Shown here: piece by piece, positions 10,352-20,438 of the stretch
How the letters are laid out: each line of letters starts with the position of its first letter
Numbering within the stretch: position 1 is the first letter of the stretch
From: Trueperaceae bacterium
GTDB lineage: Bacteria > Deinococcota > Deinococci > Deinococcales > Trueperaceae
Reading direction: 5' to 3'
DNA length: 64,000 bases
Assembly: GCA_035703635.1 (NCBI GenBank)
Contig: DASSXV010000075.1
Span: 1-64,000 of the forward strand
Notes under the pieces: model-generated
What the model saw: only the letters and a program-made list of their open reading frames with translations
What the model was told of the DNA's origin: nothing
Databases searched by the model: none
Position numbers and translations under genes: made by a program

Positions 10352-11190
10352 CCCGGCCTCGCCCCGGAAACGGGATCTCCTGACCTGACCAGGTCTACCT
10401 CTAGGGATGTCCGATCACCACGGTGTTTGGCCTCGTAATACTCTACGGCTCGACCGTTCGGGAGATAGGTAACGCTCCGGATGAATAGTAGAGGGTCGCC
10501 TCGTTTCACGGCCAACTCGGCAGCGTCCGCAGCTGTCGCTTGGATCGCCTCGACCGTTCGGCGACCGTGCTGGATGTGCAGGCCCAGCTTCGCCAGCTCC
10601 TGATACAGGGAGCGATCGGTGAGATCGACAGCGGCCAGCTCATGACAGAGGTCATGCGGCAACCAGGTAGTGACCAACAACATGGGCTCCGTGTCCACGG
10701 AGCGCAGGCGGTCGATGCGCACGACCTTCTCGCCTGGCTCGATCTCGAGCTCCGCCGCAACTAAGTCGTTGGCTGGCTCGGCGCTCATCGCGAGAACTTG
10801 CGTGCGCGGCACGCGCCCTTGGCTGAGCATGTCGTCGTGGAAGCCCGTGAGAGACTGGAACAAGCGGCCGCTCACCTTCCGTTCGGCCACGAAGGTGCCG
10901 CGCCCTTTCCTCCTGATCAGGACGCGTTCATTCTCGAGTTCCCCGAGGGTTTGCCTTACGACCGTGCGGCTCACCCCGAAAAGGCGACACAGCTCCGGCT
11001 CGGAGGGGATCTGCACGCCAGGCTGCCAGCGACCGCTGGCGATCTGCCGTGACATGATCGCTTTCAGCTGGTGGTAATAGGGCAGCGCGCCCTCGCGATC
11101 GATGGTGCCGAGCCCGTCATCGCACCTCAGTTCGAGTGCGACGGCCGCCTCGTCTTGCATAGAATCTGTCGCTCCTTGTTCCTTGTTCAC
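10348..11190 (-). CDS. GntR-family transcriptional regulator, HutC subfamily (UTRA domain)
   Basis: PSEPEL...FGVSRTVVRQ...GRGTFV wHTH; UTRA features SLYQEL, VEYYEAKHRGDR. Confidence 0.93.
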   Translation of the reverse strand: MNKEQGATDSMQDEAAVALELRCDDGLGTIDREGALPYYHQLKAIMSRQIASGRWQPGVQIPSEPELCRLFGVSRTVVRQTLGELENERVLIRRKGRGTFVAERKVSGRLFQSLTGFHDDMLSQGRVPRTQVLAMSAEPANDLVAAELEIEPGEKVVRIDRLRSVDTEPMLLVTTWLPHDLCHELAAVDLTDRSLYQELAKLGLHIQHGRRTVEAIQATAADAAELAVKRGDPLLFIRSVTYLPNGRAVEYYEAKHRGDRTSLEVDLVRSGDPVSGARPG

Positions 11191-11197
11191 CGCATCC

Positions 11198-12361
11198 TCA
11201 GTCGTAATGGACCTTCTCGCGACAGCCGTTACTGGCCGCGGTCAGGGCAGCATCGAGCACTTGCGTCTCGCGGACGCCATCCTCGAAGTCGGGCCGGATG
11301 CGCTCACCGCGCACCACTGCCGTCACGAAGTCTGCCACGGCGTGATGAAAGGTGTGTTCGTATCCGATTATGTGGCCAGGAGGCCACCACGCGCTGACAT
11401 ACGGGTGCTCCGCCTCGGTTGCCAGGACCGTCTTGAAGCCCTGGATATGGCTGGGATCGTTCCGGGAGAAGATCTGCAGCTCGTTCATGCGTTCCAAGTC
11501 GAAGACGATGCTGCCTTCGGAACCGTAGATCTCGAACGTGTTGTGATTCTTGCGACCTGGGGCGAAGCGCGACGCGTCGAACGATCCGATGGCGCCGTCT
11601 TCGAACTCGACGATCATGAAGGTGGCGTCGTCGACGTTGACTTGGCCCACGGCATTGCCTTCCGCGGTTCCGGCTGAGAAAGTGGCCGCGCCGGCGCCTG
11701 GCAGTGGTCGCTCTTTCACGAAGGTGGCGCTGGTCGCGCTGACGGTCTTCACTTCGCCGACCAGATAACGCGCCAGGTCGATCAAGTGGCTGTTCAGGTC
11801 GTGATGGGGACCGGAGCCAGCCCTGTCCCTGATGAGGTGCCAGGTGAGCGGGAAGTTCGGATCGACGATCCAATCCTGAAGATAAGCGCTTCGCCAATGA
11901 AAGATGTTCCCCACGAACCCCTCATCAATGAGGCGCCTGGCTAGAGCTATGGCGGGTACGCGCCGGTAGTTGTGGTTCAAATAGTGAGTTACGCCGGTCG
12001 ATCTGGCGGCGCTTAACATCGCTTTCGCTTGCGCCGTGTTGATCGCTAGGGGTTTCTCGCAGAAGATGTGTTTGCCGTTCTCTGCTGCCGCGATGGCAAT
12101 CTCGGCGTGGAGATCGGTTGGCGTGCATATGTCGATGATATCGACGTCCTCGCGCTTAACTACTTCCCGCCAGTCAGTGGCGGTTTCTTGCCAGCCCCAG
12201 CCGGCCGCGAACTCCTTCAGGGACTCCTGATTTCGGCCGCACGCCACCTTCAGCACAGGCGTCGCTGGTAGGTCGAAGAACTTGCCCGCGTTGCGCCATG
12301 CGTTCGAGTGGGCCTTGCCCATGAAGTTCTGCCCGATGATAGCAACGTTTAGTTCCTTCAC
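11198..12361 (-). CDS. Gfo/Idh/MocA oxidoreductase (levoglucosan dehydrogenase-like clade)
   Basis: FMGKAHS, CEKPL, NYRRVPA, YLQDW, DLNSHLID, WWPPGHIIGYEHTF. Confidence 0.9.
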   Translation of the reverse strand: MKELNVAIIGQNFMGKAHSNAWRNAGKFFDLPATPVLKVACGRNQESLKEFAAGWGWQETATDWREVVKREDVDIIDICTPTDLHAEIAIAAAENGKHIFCEKPLAINTAQAKAMLSAARSTGVTHYLNHNYRRVPAIALARRLIDEGFVGNIFHWRSAYLQDWIVDPNFPLTWHLIRDRAGSGPHHDLNSHLIDLARYLVGEVKTVSATSATFVKERPLPGAGAATFSAGTAEGNAVGQVNVDDATFMIVEFEDGAIGSFDASRFAPGRKNHNTFEIYGSEGSIVFDLERMNELQIFSRNDPSHIQGFKTVLATEAEHPYVSAWWPPGHIIGYEHTFHHAVADFVTAVVRGERIRPDFEDGVRETQVLDAALTAASNGCREKVHYD

Positions 12362-12380
12362 GGTTTCTCGCCCTTCCGCA

Positions 12381-13241
12381 TCAGGTCAAACTCGCGGCGA
12401 TGCGCTTGAGGTTCGCCACGCTCTTACGGACGACAGCGTGCTCGTCACCGGCGTAGTCGGGGTGGAGGAAGTCGGTCTCCACGGCGAGGAAGCCGTTGTA
12501 GCCGCTGTCTTTGAGTTTCTGGGCGAGCGCTTGGTTGTCAACCAACCCGTCACCAACGGGCGTGCTTGAGAAGAAGAACCAATCGTCAGGGGCGGCTGAG
12601 CGGTTGAGTTTTAGGTCCTTGATGTGAGTTGCGAACGTGTACTTCGCTAGCTTATCCATGCCCTTCAGCGGATCGTCGAGCAGTCGTAGGAAGTTCCCCG
12701 TGTCGAAGTTGATGCCGAAGTTGGGTGACGCAACGGCTTCGATCATCTGCACCATCTCGTCAGAGGTGAAGTCGATGTGGTTCTCGACGGCGATCTTCAT
12801 GCCGGCCGCCTCCGCCTGTGGCATGACGCGGCGGAACTGCTTCACCAGTGCCTCGATCTGAGGCTGATGTGGTTCATGTCGGAACATGAGGCTGGAGGCC
12901 ACGACGCGCATGGTGTCGGCGCCGATGAGCAGGGCGCGATCTATGGAAGCCGCCATGTCCTCGTAGGCGGCGGGGTTCTGGCCGCGTTCGAGGCCATCGG
13001 GGTGTCCCCAGGCGTACACGCGATCGAAGCCGTAGTCGTCGAGTTTCGCCTTCAGGTCCTTAAGGAAAGCGGGTTCGTAGCTGGGGAAGAAGCATGACTC
13101 GAGCGAAACGCCGTCGACCTCGAGTTCCTTGGCGAGATCGAGGAAGTCATCCATGTTCATCTGAAAGTCGGGCGCTTGCTGCTCCGGGTAAACCTCACCG
13201 AAGTAGCGGTGGAAGCAATAGCTGTCGATTCCGATCTTCAC
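12381..13241 (-). CDS. Xylose isomerase-like TIM-barrel sugar phosphate isomerase/epimerase
   Basis: AVENH, NFDTGN, HIKD, AVE metal motifs; start set at GTG 13241 after GGAGG. Confidence 0.85.
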   Translation of the reverse strand: MKIGIDSYCFHRYFGEVYPEQQAPDFQMNMDDFLDLAKELEVDGVSLESCFFPSYEPAFLKDLKAKLDDYGFDRVYAWGHPDGLERGQNPAAYEDMAASIDRALLIGADTMRVVASSLMFRHEPHQPQIEALVKQFRRVMPQAEAAGMKIAVENHIDFTSDEMVQMIEAVASPNFGINFDTGNFLRLLDDPLKGMDKLAKYTFATHIKDLKLNRSAAPDDWFFFSSTPVGDGLVDNQALAQKLKDSGYNGFLAVETDFLHPDYAGDEHAVVRKSVANLKRIAASLT

Positions 13242-13303
13242 GGCCTGCTTGGCCTCCAATCTGTAGTTGCGCACTGAACCGAACCGGTGATGCCTGGATG
13301 TTT

Positions 13304-13327
13304 GGGAGGGGCGATGAGGCCCCTCCC
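13304..13327 (-). terminator. GC-rich stem-loop after the solute-binding-protein gene (mRNA stabiliser or partial terminator)
   Basis: GGGAGGGGC-GATGAG-GCCCCTCCC, perfect 9-bp inverted repeat. Confidence 0.6.
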
Positions 13328-13344
13328 TTCGGCTTGCTTGGTGA

Positions 13345-14469
13345 TTAGCGACCGCCCCAGCGTTGGGGGAAGTTGGGCATGGTCTGGCAGCCGCACATGG
13401 CGTAGAAGAGCGGCGGCATGTTCGGCTCGATGTAGTCATCGAGCGTGTCGGCGGTGATGACGAGTTGGGGCAGGACCCACGGGGATGGGATCGATTCTCC
13501 CTTTAGGGTCTTGACGGTAGCGATGATCGCGGAGCGCCACTGGAAGGTCGGGTAGGTCGGAGCTATGGCGGTTAGGCCTTCTTCCTTCCACTTGATGAGG
13601 AAGTCCTGCTGGTCCTCGCCGATGATGATCGGATAGGGCGCACCGGCGTCCTCGAACGCTTCGAGGGCGGCCACGGAGGTGGCGCCAGCGTCCATCCACA
13701 CGGCGTCGATGTTGCCGCGCTGGAGGTAGTCCTCAACGATGGCTTTGGTGGTCGCGGTGGAGCCTTCGGTGAACTCGGCGCCTACTACGTTCACGCCTGC
13801 TTCCTTGAAGATCTGTTCGGCGCCGCTCCAGCGGGTCTCGAGCACGTCTACACCAGGCAGAATGCGCAGAGCCAGAACGTTGCCACCCTTGGGGAGGTTA
13901 TCGACGATGAACTCAGCGCCGGCGATGCCGAACGCGTAGCCGCCGATGGGGCCCACGAAGGCCACCGGGCAGTCGGTGTTCACGCCGCGGTCGAAGATGA
14001 TGACGGGCAGCTGCTTGCAGGCGGACTCCACGACGGGGGTCAAGGCGGCGGTCGTGTTGGGGGACACGATTAGGGCGTCACAGTTGCCGCTGGCGAGCAG
14101 GCCGTTGATGTCACTGATCTGCTTGTCGTCGCTACCTTCGGCGTCAACGTGAATGAAGTTGGCGATCTCGGGGTGAAGGTCTACCTCGGCTTGCATCGTC
14201 GTCCAGCCAACCACGCGCCAAGCGTTGTTTACGCCGGCGTTCGAGAAGCAAATCGTCCAGGGCGCCTCAGTGGCGTACTGGGTGGTGTCGATGTAGTTGG
14301 GGTTAATGGCCTGCAGCCATGGTTGATCGGCGGGACCTTCGGGGGTCGTCGTCATGGCCGCTCGTTGGAAGGCGAGTTCCTTTGCGTCGAAGAACTCCGA
14401 TGCTTGGCTTAAGGCGACCGTCATCCCTGCCAGAGCAAATAGTACGAGGATCGGTTTGATTAACTTCAA
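13345..14469 (-). CDS. Sugar ABC transporter substrate-binding protein (Peripla_BP_4)
   Basis: Signal peptide; ICFSNAGVNNAWR, DALIVSP, IFDR; TTG start after GGAGG. Confidence 0.88.
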   Translation of the reverse strand: MKLIKPILVLFALAGMTVALSQASEFFDAKELAFQRAAMTTTPEGPADQPWLQAINPNYIDTTQYATEAPWTICFSNAGVNNAWRVVGWTTMQAEVDLHPEIANFIHVDAEGSDDKQISDINGLLASGNCDALIVSPNTTAALTPVVESACKQLPVIIFDRGVNTDCPVAFVGPIGGYAFGIAGAEFIVDNLPKGGNVLALRILPGVDVLETRWSGAEQIFKEAGVNVVGAEFTEGSTATTKAIVEDYLQRGNIDAVWMDAGATSVAALEAFEDAGAPYPIIIGEDQQDFLIKWKEEGLTAIAPTYPTFQWRSAIIATVKTLKGESIPSPWVLPQLVITADTLDDYIEPNMPPLFYAMCGCQTMPNFPQRWGGR

Positions 14470-14550
14470 CGTTCTAACCTCCAAAGTGTGATGATGCGCG
14501 ACCCGGGCAGACACCCGGGCTATTGCCGGTTGCTTCACTGAGCCAATAGT

Positions 14551-15582
14551 TCAAGCCTCCGTTTCCTGGCCACCGCGCGCAGCTCGCCATGACGCAAAAC
14601 CGACCGCGCCGATGATGATCACTCCCTGCACTGCCACCCGAATCGGCGAGGGCAAGCCGAGGAAGTTGAGGAGAGTGAACAGCGCTTGGAGTGTCAGCGC
14701 GCCGGCGAGAGCCGCCAGCATGTTGCCGCGTCCGCCGAGCAGTGCTGCACCACCAAGGACAACCGCTGAGATGGATTCAAGTTCAAGGCCGTCACCCACG
14801 TTCAGTGAAACGCCGGAGAAGCCCCCGAGCATGATGCCGGCCGTGACGGCGGAAAGTGCTGACACCACGAAAGCAGCGATCCGCACTAGACCCACGTTGA
14901 CACCTGAGAGGCGAGCCGCATGCTGGTTGTCGCCGACGGCTAGTGCCTGCTTGCCGAACTGGGTGTAGTGGAACAAGAAGATCAGGACACCGCCGATCAC
15001 CAGCAGCACGATCACGGCCCAAGGAACACGGCCCAGAAGGGGCACGCCTTCGATGTAAGCACGCCCGAACGCCCTGAAATTCGTGGGCAAGGCGCCCCGT
15101 GGTGCTCCGCCGGTCGCCAGCAAGGCGGCTCCTTTGAGGGTGAGCAGCATGCCAAGGGTCGTGATGAAGGAGGGCACTCGCAAGTAGCTCGTGACGGCGC
15201 CGTTGAAAACGCCAACCGCCAGCGCGATGCCGTAGAGCAGGAGGATTACCCACCAGGTCGTGCTGGGGTCGCCGGACGCCAGAAGGGCGCCCAACAGCAC
15301 GGTGAGCGTGACGAGGGAACCCTGGGAGAGGTCGAAGCCGCCAACTACGATCACGAACAGTTGGCCGCCCGCCAAGATCATGAGCGGGGCCGAGCGCCTG
15401 ATGAAGTTAAGGAACTGTGCTGGCTCCAAGAAGCGTGGGTTGAGGAATGCAATCCAAACCAGGATCCCAGCCAGGATAAGGAAGATCGGCAGCACTTTGA
15501 TGACGCCCGCGATGGCGGGGTGCCAGGACCGTCCGCGCATGACGCCGGCGGCCGCCTGCTCCGTAGAGACGTTCGGCGCCAT
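14551..15582 (-). CDS. Sugar ABC transporter permease (RbsC-like)
   Basis: GGFDLSQG, PSFITTLG, AVGDN...AARLSG, ELESISAVVLGG. Confidence 0.93.
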   Translation of the reverse strand: MAPNVSTEQAAAGVMRGRSWHPAIAGVIKVLPIFLILAGILVWIAFLNPRFLEPAQFLNFIRRSAPLMILAGGQLFVIVVGGFDLSQGSLVTLTVLLGALLASGDPSTTWWVILLLYGIALAVGVFNGAVTSYLRVPSFITTLGMLLTLKGAALLATGGAPRGALPTNFRAFGRAYIEGVPLLGRVPWAVIVLLVIGGVLIFLFHYTQFGKQALAVGDNQHAARLSGVNVGLVRIAAFVVSALSAVTAGIMLGGFSGVSLNVGDGLELESISAVVLGGAALLGGRGNMLAALAGALTLQALFTLLNFLGLPSPIRVAVQGVIIIGAVGFASWRAARGGQETEA

Positions 15583-16571
15583 CAGCCCACAACCTCACGC
15601 GAGCGCGCCGCGTAGATGGCGACCGCGCCGATGATTATCAGGCCACGCAACACCTGCTTGAGGTAGGAGTTGACGCCGAGTTGGTTGAACATGGTGTCGA
15701 GAACCGCGAAGATCAAAACCCCCGCCACCGTGCCAAGCACGCCACCGCGACCGCCCGCTAACACGGTGCCCCCCACCACAACGGCGGCGATGGACTCCAG
15801 GTCATAGACTCCATCGGTGCCGATCCATGGAGCGCCCGACCGCAGCCGACTCGACAAGTACAACCCGGTTATCACCGCGGTGATGCTGGTGATGACGTGC
15901 GCTCCGATGACCACACGGTGGTCGCGGATACCCGATAGTCGTGCCGTGATGCGGTTGCCGCCGACAGCGTAGATGTGCGCGCCGAAACGCGTCCGGGCAA
16001 GCAGCAGGGCGGAGATTAGCGTCAGCCCGGCCAGGATGATTACCGGTACGGGGATGGGTCCGACCGAACCGTAGGCGAGGAACTGGAAGCTTGCTGGAAC
16101 CGAGCCCGTGAAGTTCTGGAAACTCGCGTTCAGGACGCCGCGCAGGATGAGGCCAACCCCGAGTGTGGCGATGAGTGGATTGATGCGCGCCTTGGTGATT
16201 AGCAGACCGTTGATGGCGCCAACTACTGCACCGATGCCAAGCACCACCAGTATGGCCAGCGGCACCTTGGCAGGGTCGCCCTGCATGATGAAAGAAGCCA
16301 TGACGGCCGCGACACTGATCAGGTAGGCAACGGACAGGTCGATCGAGGCGACCAGAATAGCGAAGGTCTGGCCGATTGCCACGATGCCGAGAGCCGTCGC
16401 TCGTTCGAGGATGTTGCCGAGGTTGTTGGCGGACACGAAATCGCCGCGGCCGAACAACGACACGAGCAGCCAGGCAATCGCGAATATCCCTAGCAACAAG
16501 ACCCAGATGATCGGAAGCCTGAACCTGCTCGCCCGTGGTTTCGCGCTCGTAGCGGGGGTCGTCACGCTCAT
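15582..16571 (-). CDS. Sugar ABC transporter permease (RbsC-like)
   Basis: IDLSVA, PLIATLG, YAVGGN...ARLSG, LESIAAVVVGG. Confidence 0.93.
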   Translation of the reverse strand: MSVTTPATSAKPRASRFRLPIIWVLLLGIFAIAWLLVSLFGRGDFVSANNLGNILERATALGIVAIGQTFAILVASIDLSVAYLISVAAVMASFIMQGDPAKVPLAILVVLGIGAVVGAINGLLITKARINPLIATLGVGLILRGVLNASFQNFTGSVPASFQFLAYGSVGPIPVPVIILAGLTLISALLLARTRFGAHIYAVGGNRITARLSGIRDHRVVIGAHVITSITAVITGLYLSSRLRSGAPWIGTDGVYDLESIAAVVVGGTVLAGGRGGVLGTVAGVLIFAVLDTMFNQLGVNSYLKQVLRGLIIIGAVAIYAARSREVVG

Positions 16572-18115
16572 GCTTCACCGCCGTGTGTGGCTAGTAACAT
16601 GATCTGCTCTTCCGTGGCGCCCGCCGCTAGTTCACCGGCCACCTCGCCGAATCGCATCACGAGTATGCGGTCGCTCATCCCAATGACCTCGAGTAGGTCG
16701 GAGGAGATCATGATCACGGCCTTACCTCTGCGGGCGGAATCTCTGATCAGTTGGTGGATACTGGCTTTTCCGTTGACGTCGATGCCGCGCGTCGGCTCAT
16801 CGTAGATAGTCAGGCTTCCGTCTAGCGCCAGCCACTTAGCCAGCACTACCTTTTGCTGGTTGCCCCCCGAGAGGAACTGGGCTTCCTGGTGCAGCCCGGC
16901 GGACCTGAGGTCAACGGACTTCGTGAGTTCCTCCACGCTTGTCCCGGAGCGACTGCCGCTGCTACTAACCAGACTAAGTAATGGGCGCCGGCCTCTGCGG
17001 GCCAGAGCTACGTTGTCGGCGATGGGCTGCCGTAAGGCGAGTCCGAGCCCCTTGCGGTCTTCGGTAACGAAGCCGAGGCCGTGGCCTATTGCCTGGCGAG
17101 GGGAACGTGAGTGGACGCGGCGACCATGTAATTGGACCTCGCCGTAAGTGAACGGGTCGACACCGAAAAGCGCTTGCGCCAGCTCACTTCGGCCCGCCCC
17201 CTGTAATCCGGCGATGCCCAACACCTCGCCGGCCCTGACCTGGAAGCTGATGTTCCGCAGCTTCGCGTTCCCCGCGGATTTGACTGAGAGCACGACTTCG
17301 CCCAGGTCTCCAGGATTGGCGCGTGGGGGGTAGTACTCGGAAAGGTCCCGGCCGACCATCAGGCGCACCAAGTCGGCGACCGTCACCTCGCCCACATCGC
17401 GCGTGGTGATGATCGCGCCGTCTTTTAGTACCGTCACGCGGTCGGCTACTGAGAAGATCTCGGGGAACCGATGCGAGATGTAGATGATGGTCATGCCTTG
17501 CTCTTTGAGGTTGGCGATGAGGCTTAGGAGCGCGTCGACCTCTTGATTGGCTAGGGCGGCAGTGGGCTCGTCCATGATCAGGAGGCGGGCGTCGTACGAC
17601 AAGGCCTTCGCGATCTCCACCATCTGTTGTTGCGCGACGGAAAGGTCGGCAATCAAGTCATCAGGGTGGATGCTGGCTGAGATGCCGAGGCGTGTAAGCA
17701 GCGCGGTGACGGCTGCATTCTGGGCGCGCCGGTCGATCACGCCGAAGCGGTGGGGTTCACGTCCGAGGAAGATGTTCTGCGCCACGGTGCGGTGCGGTAG
17801 GAGATTGAACTCCTGGTGGATGACGCTAACGCCCGCGGTTTGCGCTTCAACTGGGTGCCTGAACGTCACGCGCCGCCCAAAAAGCTCGATCTGACCCTCG
17901 TCCGGCGACTGCGCCCCGCCGAGGATCTTCATCAGCGTCGATTTGCCGGCACCGTTCTCGCCGATCAAGGCGTGCACTTCGCCTACCTGGCAAGAGAAGT
18001 CGACTTTGCTCAGCGCCGTGAAGGCGCCGAAGCGCTTGCTGATGCCCTGCATGCGCAGGGCCGTGGGCGGCGGCGCGGAGCTGGCCTCCGGGGGTTTCTC
18101 AGGCGTTGCTGTCAA
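16568..18115 (-). CDS. Sugar ABC transporter ATP-binding protein (tandem-domain RbsA-like)
   Basis: GENGAGKST, MDEPT, ISHR, TEDRK, LSGGNQQK, DEPTRGID; TTG 18115 follows GGAGG. Confidence 0.93.
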   Translation of the reverse strand: MTATPEKPPEASSAPPPTALRMQGISKRFGAFTALSKVDFSCQVGEVHALIGENGAGKSTLMKILGGAQSPDEGQIELFGRRVTFRHPVEAQTAGVSVIHQEFNLLPHRTVAQNIFLGREPHRFGVIDRRAQNAAVTALLTRLGISASIHPDDLIADLSVAQQQMVEIAKALSYDARLLIMDEPTAALANQEVDALLSLIANLKEQGMTIIYISHRFPEIFSVADRVTVLKDGAIITTRDVGEVTVADLVRLMVGRDLSEYYPPRANPGDLGEVVLSVKSAGNAKLRNISFQVRAGEVLGIAGLQGAGRSELAQALFGVDPFTYGEVQLHGRRVHSRSPRQAIGHGLGFVTEDRKGLGLALRQPIADNVALARRGRRPLLSLVSSSGSRSGTSVEELTKSVDLRSAGLHQEAQFLSGGNQQKVVLAKWLALDGSLTIYDEPTRGIDVNGKASIHQLIRDSARRGKAVIMISSDLLEVIGMSDRILVMRFGEVAGELAAGATEEQIMLLATHGGEA

Positions 18116-18187
18116 GGATGAGGCCTCCCTAAAGCGCCAGCGACGTTGGTCGCCATCCACTTCTCGTCCCGTTCTGCTTCTTGACGT

Positions 18188-18227
18188 CCTGTCATTACAT
18201 CCTAGGTTCCACTTGCATCGGTGTCAA
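18188..18227 (-). promoter_or_regulatory. Sigma70-type promoter (TTGACA-17-TAGGAT) with overlapping GntR operator TGTAATGACA, driving the leftward sugar operon
   Basis: Minus-strand -35 at 18227-18222, -10 at 18204-18199; operator at 18190-18199 also recurs at 19268 and 21788. Confidence 0.75.
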
Positions 18228-18280
18228 GGCGCCGCGGCGCTGGACTAACGTTCACACTGCCTACCGGAGGCCGAGCTCTC

Positions 18281-19129
18281 CTAGTCCGCGATCAGGCGGT
18301 TACCTACGAGCTTCTTCATGAAGGGGAGGCTGCGCTCCGCTTCGTCGATCGTGCCGCACTCCACCGATAGGGTGATGTCTCGGTCGAGTGGGTCGAGGAT
18401 GCTAAGAACCTTGTCCCAGTCGACAACGCCCTCGCCGCATGCGCACCCTACCGGCGTGCCGGTCACTTTGCCCCGCTCGCGCTCGGACTGGTCGAAAGCG
18501 ATGTCTTTGGCGTGCACGTGATACACGTGATCTCTAACGTTCGAAAGCGATTCGTATGGGTCTTCGGCTCCGGCCAGGTAGGAGTTACCGGTGTCCCAAT
18601 TCACTTGGATCCAGGGCGACGGCGCGAGGTTCACGATGCGGAGCAGGCCCTCGCTGAACTTAGTGTAGATACCGTGCGGCTCGATGCAGATGTAGACCTT
18701 ATGCCGCGCAGCGACGTGGCTCATGCGCTTGAGGGTGTAATGCATAGCCTCATGGGCTTCTTCGTCGTTCATCCAGTCCGGCTTAAGCATCTCGTCGGAG
18801 TTGACGATGTTAGTTCCGACCATCGTGGCCTGAACGATGGCCCTCGTGAGCCGGCTGACCGCCGCTTCGGGCTTCATCAACGGACTATGGCCGCTTATCG
18901 ATGAGACCCGCACGCCATTGTTATCGCAGATCTCTTTCATGAGCAGAGGATCTTCCTCCATCGACCAGGAATGGAAGTAACCGACCTCTGACAGCAGACC
19001 CCAACCCGTATGGACCATCGGCTCGACGAACTTGTAGCCGAGCTTCCCAGCTACCTCGACGCCGTTGCGGAAGTCAAGGTCGGCGCTGCGAACGAACTCC
19101 ATGTTGACTGCGATGCGGTACCTGGCCAT
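18281..19129 (-). CDS. Xylose isomerase-like TIM-barrel sugar phosphate isomerase/epimerase
   Basis: IEPHG, NWDTGN, HVHAKD, LSVECG; ATG 19129 after GAGGA. Confidence 0.85.
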   Translation of the reverse strand: MARYRIAVNMEFVRSADLDFRNGVEVAGKLGYKFVEPMVHTGWGLLSEVGYFHSWSMEEDPLLMKEICDNNGVRVSSISGHSPLMKPEAAVSRLTRAIVQATMVGTNIVNSDEMLKPDWMNDEEAHEAMHYTLKRMSHVAARHKVYICIEPHGIYTKFSEGLLRIVNLAPSPWIQVNWDTGNSYLAGAEDPYESLSNVRDHVYHVHAKDIAFDQSERERGKVTGTPVGCACGEGVVDWDKVLSILDPLDRDITLSVECGTIDEAERSLPFMKKLVGNRLIAD

Positions 19130-19261
19130 GAATAGTCCTCTCGTATGGCTCTGCCGAGGTTGCTGATCGCGATCGCGCAGCCTCGGCTTTGCGAACCAAC
19201 CGCTAGATGGATGGTGGTCCAGACCAGATTCAGACCGGCCCAATTGAACTCTTGAACTACA

Positions 19262-19281
19262 TGTTATCCTATCATTACAGG
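19262..19281. promoter_or_regulatory. GntR-type operator CCTATCATTACAGG adjoining an extended -10 (TGtTATCCT) in a divergent intergenic region
   Basis: One mismatch to the TGTCATTACA sites at 18190 and 21789; flanking CCT/AGG are palindromic. Confidence 0.6.
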
Positions 19282-19343
19282 TCAGCGATCCACTAGTTGG
19301 AAGCTAAGAACAGGAGACTGGGCATGGCTACGGAGGACTCGAA

Positions 19344-20366
19344 GTGACGACCGTAAACGTTTGCGTCATCGGGACGGGTAGGGCCGGAATGGTGCATGCC
19401 GAGAACTTCCGCTGGCGGGTCAAGCACGCCGAGCTTGTCGCCGTCGTCGACGCTGACGCCGGACGCGCCGCCGAGGCGGCCGCAGCCCTTGGCCTTCCCG
19501 GCATGGGTTTCACGAGTCTTGCTGACGCTACCGCGGCTACCGACATCGATGCCGTGGTGATCACGACGCCTACGTTCACCCATCGCGCCCTAGCCGTCGA
19601 GGCGGCGAACAGCGGCCTCCATGTGTTCTGCGAGAAGCCCATGGCGTTGACGTTGGCCGAGTGCGACGCGATCATCAACGCCTGCGATAGCAATAGCGTG
19701 AAGTTGCAGATCGGCTTCATGCGGCGCTTCGATCCGCCGTTCGTGAGCGCGAAGGCCGATCTCACCGCGGGCCTGGTGGGCGACCCACTGCTTGTCCGCT
19801 CACTCACCCGTGGCCCAGGGTTGCCGCCAGCGTGGGCTAACGATGTCAGTACGTCGAACGGCATGTTGGCTGAAGTGAACAGTCATGACTTCGACACCGT
19901 CCGTTGGTTAGGTGGAGCGGACATCGTGGAGGTTCATGCCGTAGCAGCGGCACTGAAGCGCCCCGACCTGCGCAAGGAACTACCCGACTTCTACGACACT
20001 GCCGTTGTGACGGCAACACTAGCCAACGGCGCGTTCGGCGTCATCGATGGAGTATGTCCGGCCGATTACGGTTACGACGCCCGCGCTGAAGTGGTCGGCT
20101 CCGCAGGCGTTCTGATGGTGGGCGAGTTGCGCGATACGTCAAGCCTCCGCTTCACGCGGGAAGGTGGCGGGGTTCGCGGTCACTTCGTAAGTTGGCGTGA
20201 GCGCTTCAAGCGGGCTTATGAGCTGGAGGCGGAGGAGTTCATAGCGTGTATCGAGGAGGATCGCGCACCGAGCGTCGGCGGGCCTGACGGTAGAGCTGCT
20301 GTGGCCGCGGTCCTGGCCGCACGAACCTCGCTGGCCGAGGGAAGAACGGCCAAGGTCGTGTTCTAG
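19344..20366 (+). CDS. Gfo/Idh/MocA oxidoreductase (myo-inositol 2-dehydrogenase-like)
   Basis: IGTGRAG, FCEKPMA, GFMRRFD, SHDFD, YGYDARAEV. Confidence 0.9.
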   Translation: MTTVNVCVIGTGRAGMVHAENFRWRVKHAELVAVVDADAGRAAEAAAALGLPGMGFTSLADATAATDIDAVVITTPTFTHRALAVEAANSGLHVFCEKPMALTLAECDAIINACDSNSVKLQIGFMRRFDPPFVSAKADLTAGLVGDPLLVRSLTRGPGLPPAWANDVSTSNGMLAEVNSHDFDTVRWLGGADIVEVHAVAAALKRPDLRKELPDFYDTAVVTATLANGAFGVIDGVCPADYGYDARAEVVGSAGVLMVGELRDTSSLRFTREGGGVRGHFVSWRERFKRAYELEAEEFIACIEEDRAPSVGGPDGRAAVAAVLAARTSLAEGRTAKVVF

Positions 20367-20438
20367 TCGGAACACGCCTGGGTTTACTGACACCGTCGGC
20401 TACCTGGGGTCGCTGCTTAGGACCACCGGGTGCCGCGG

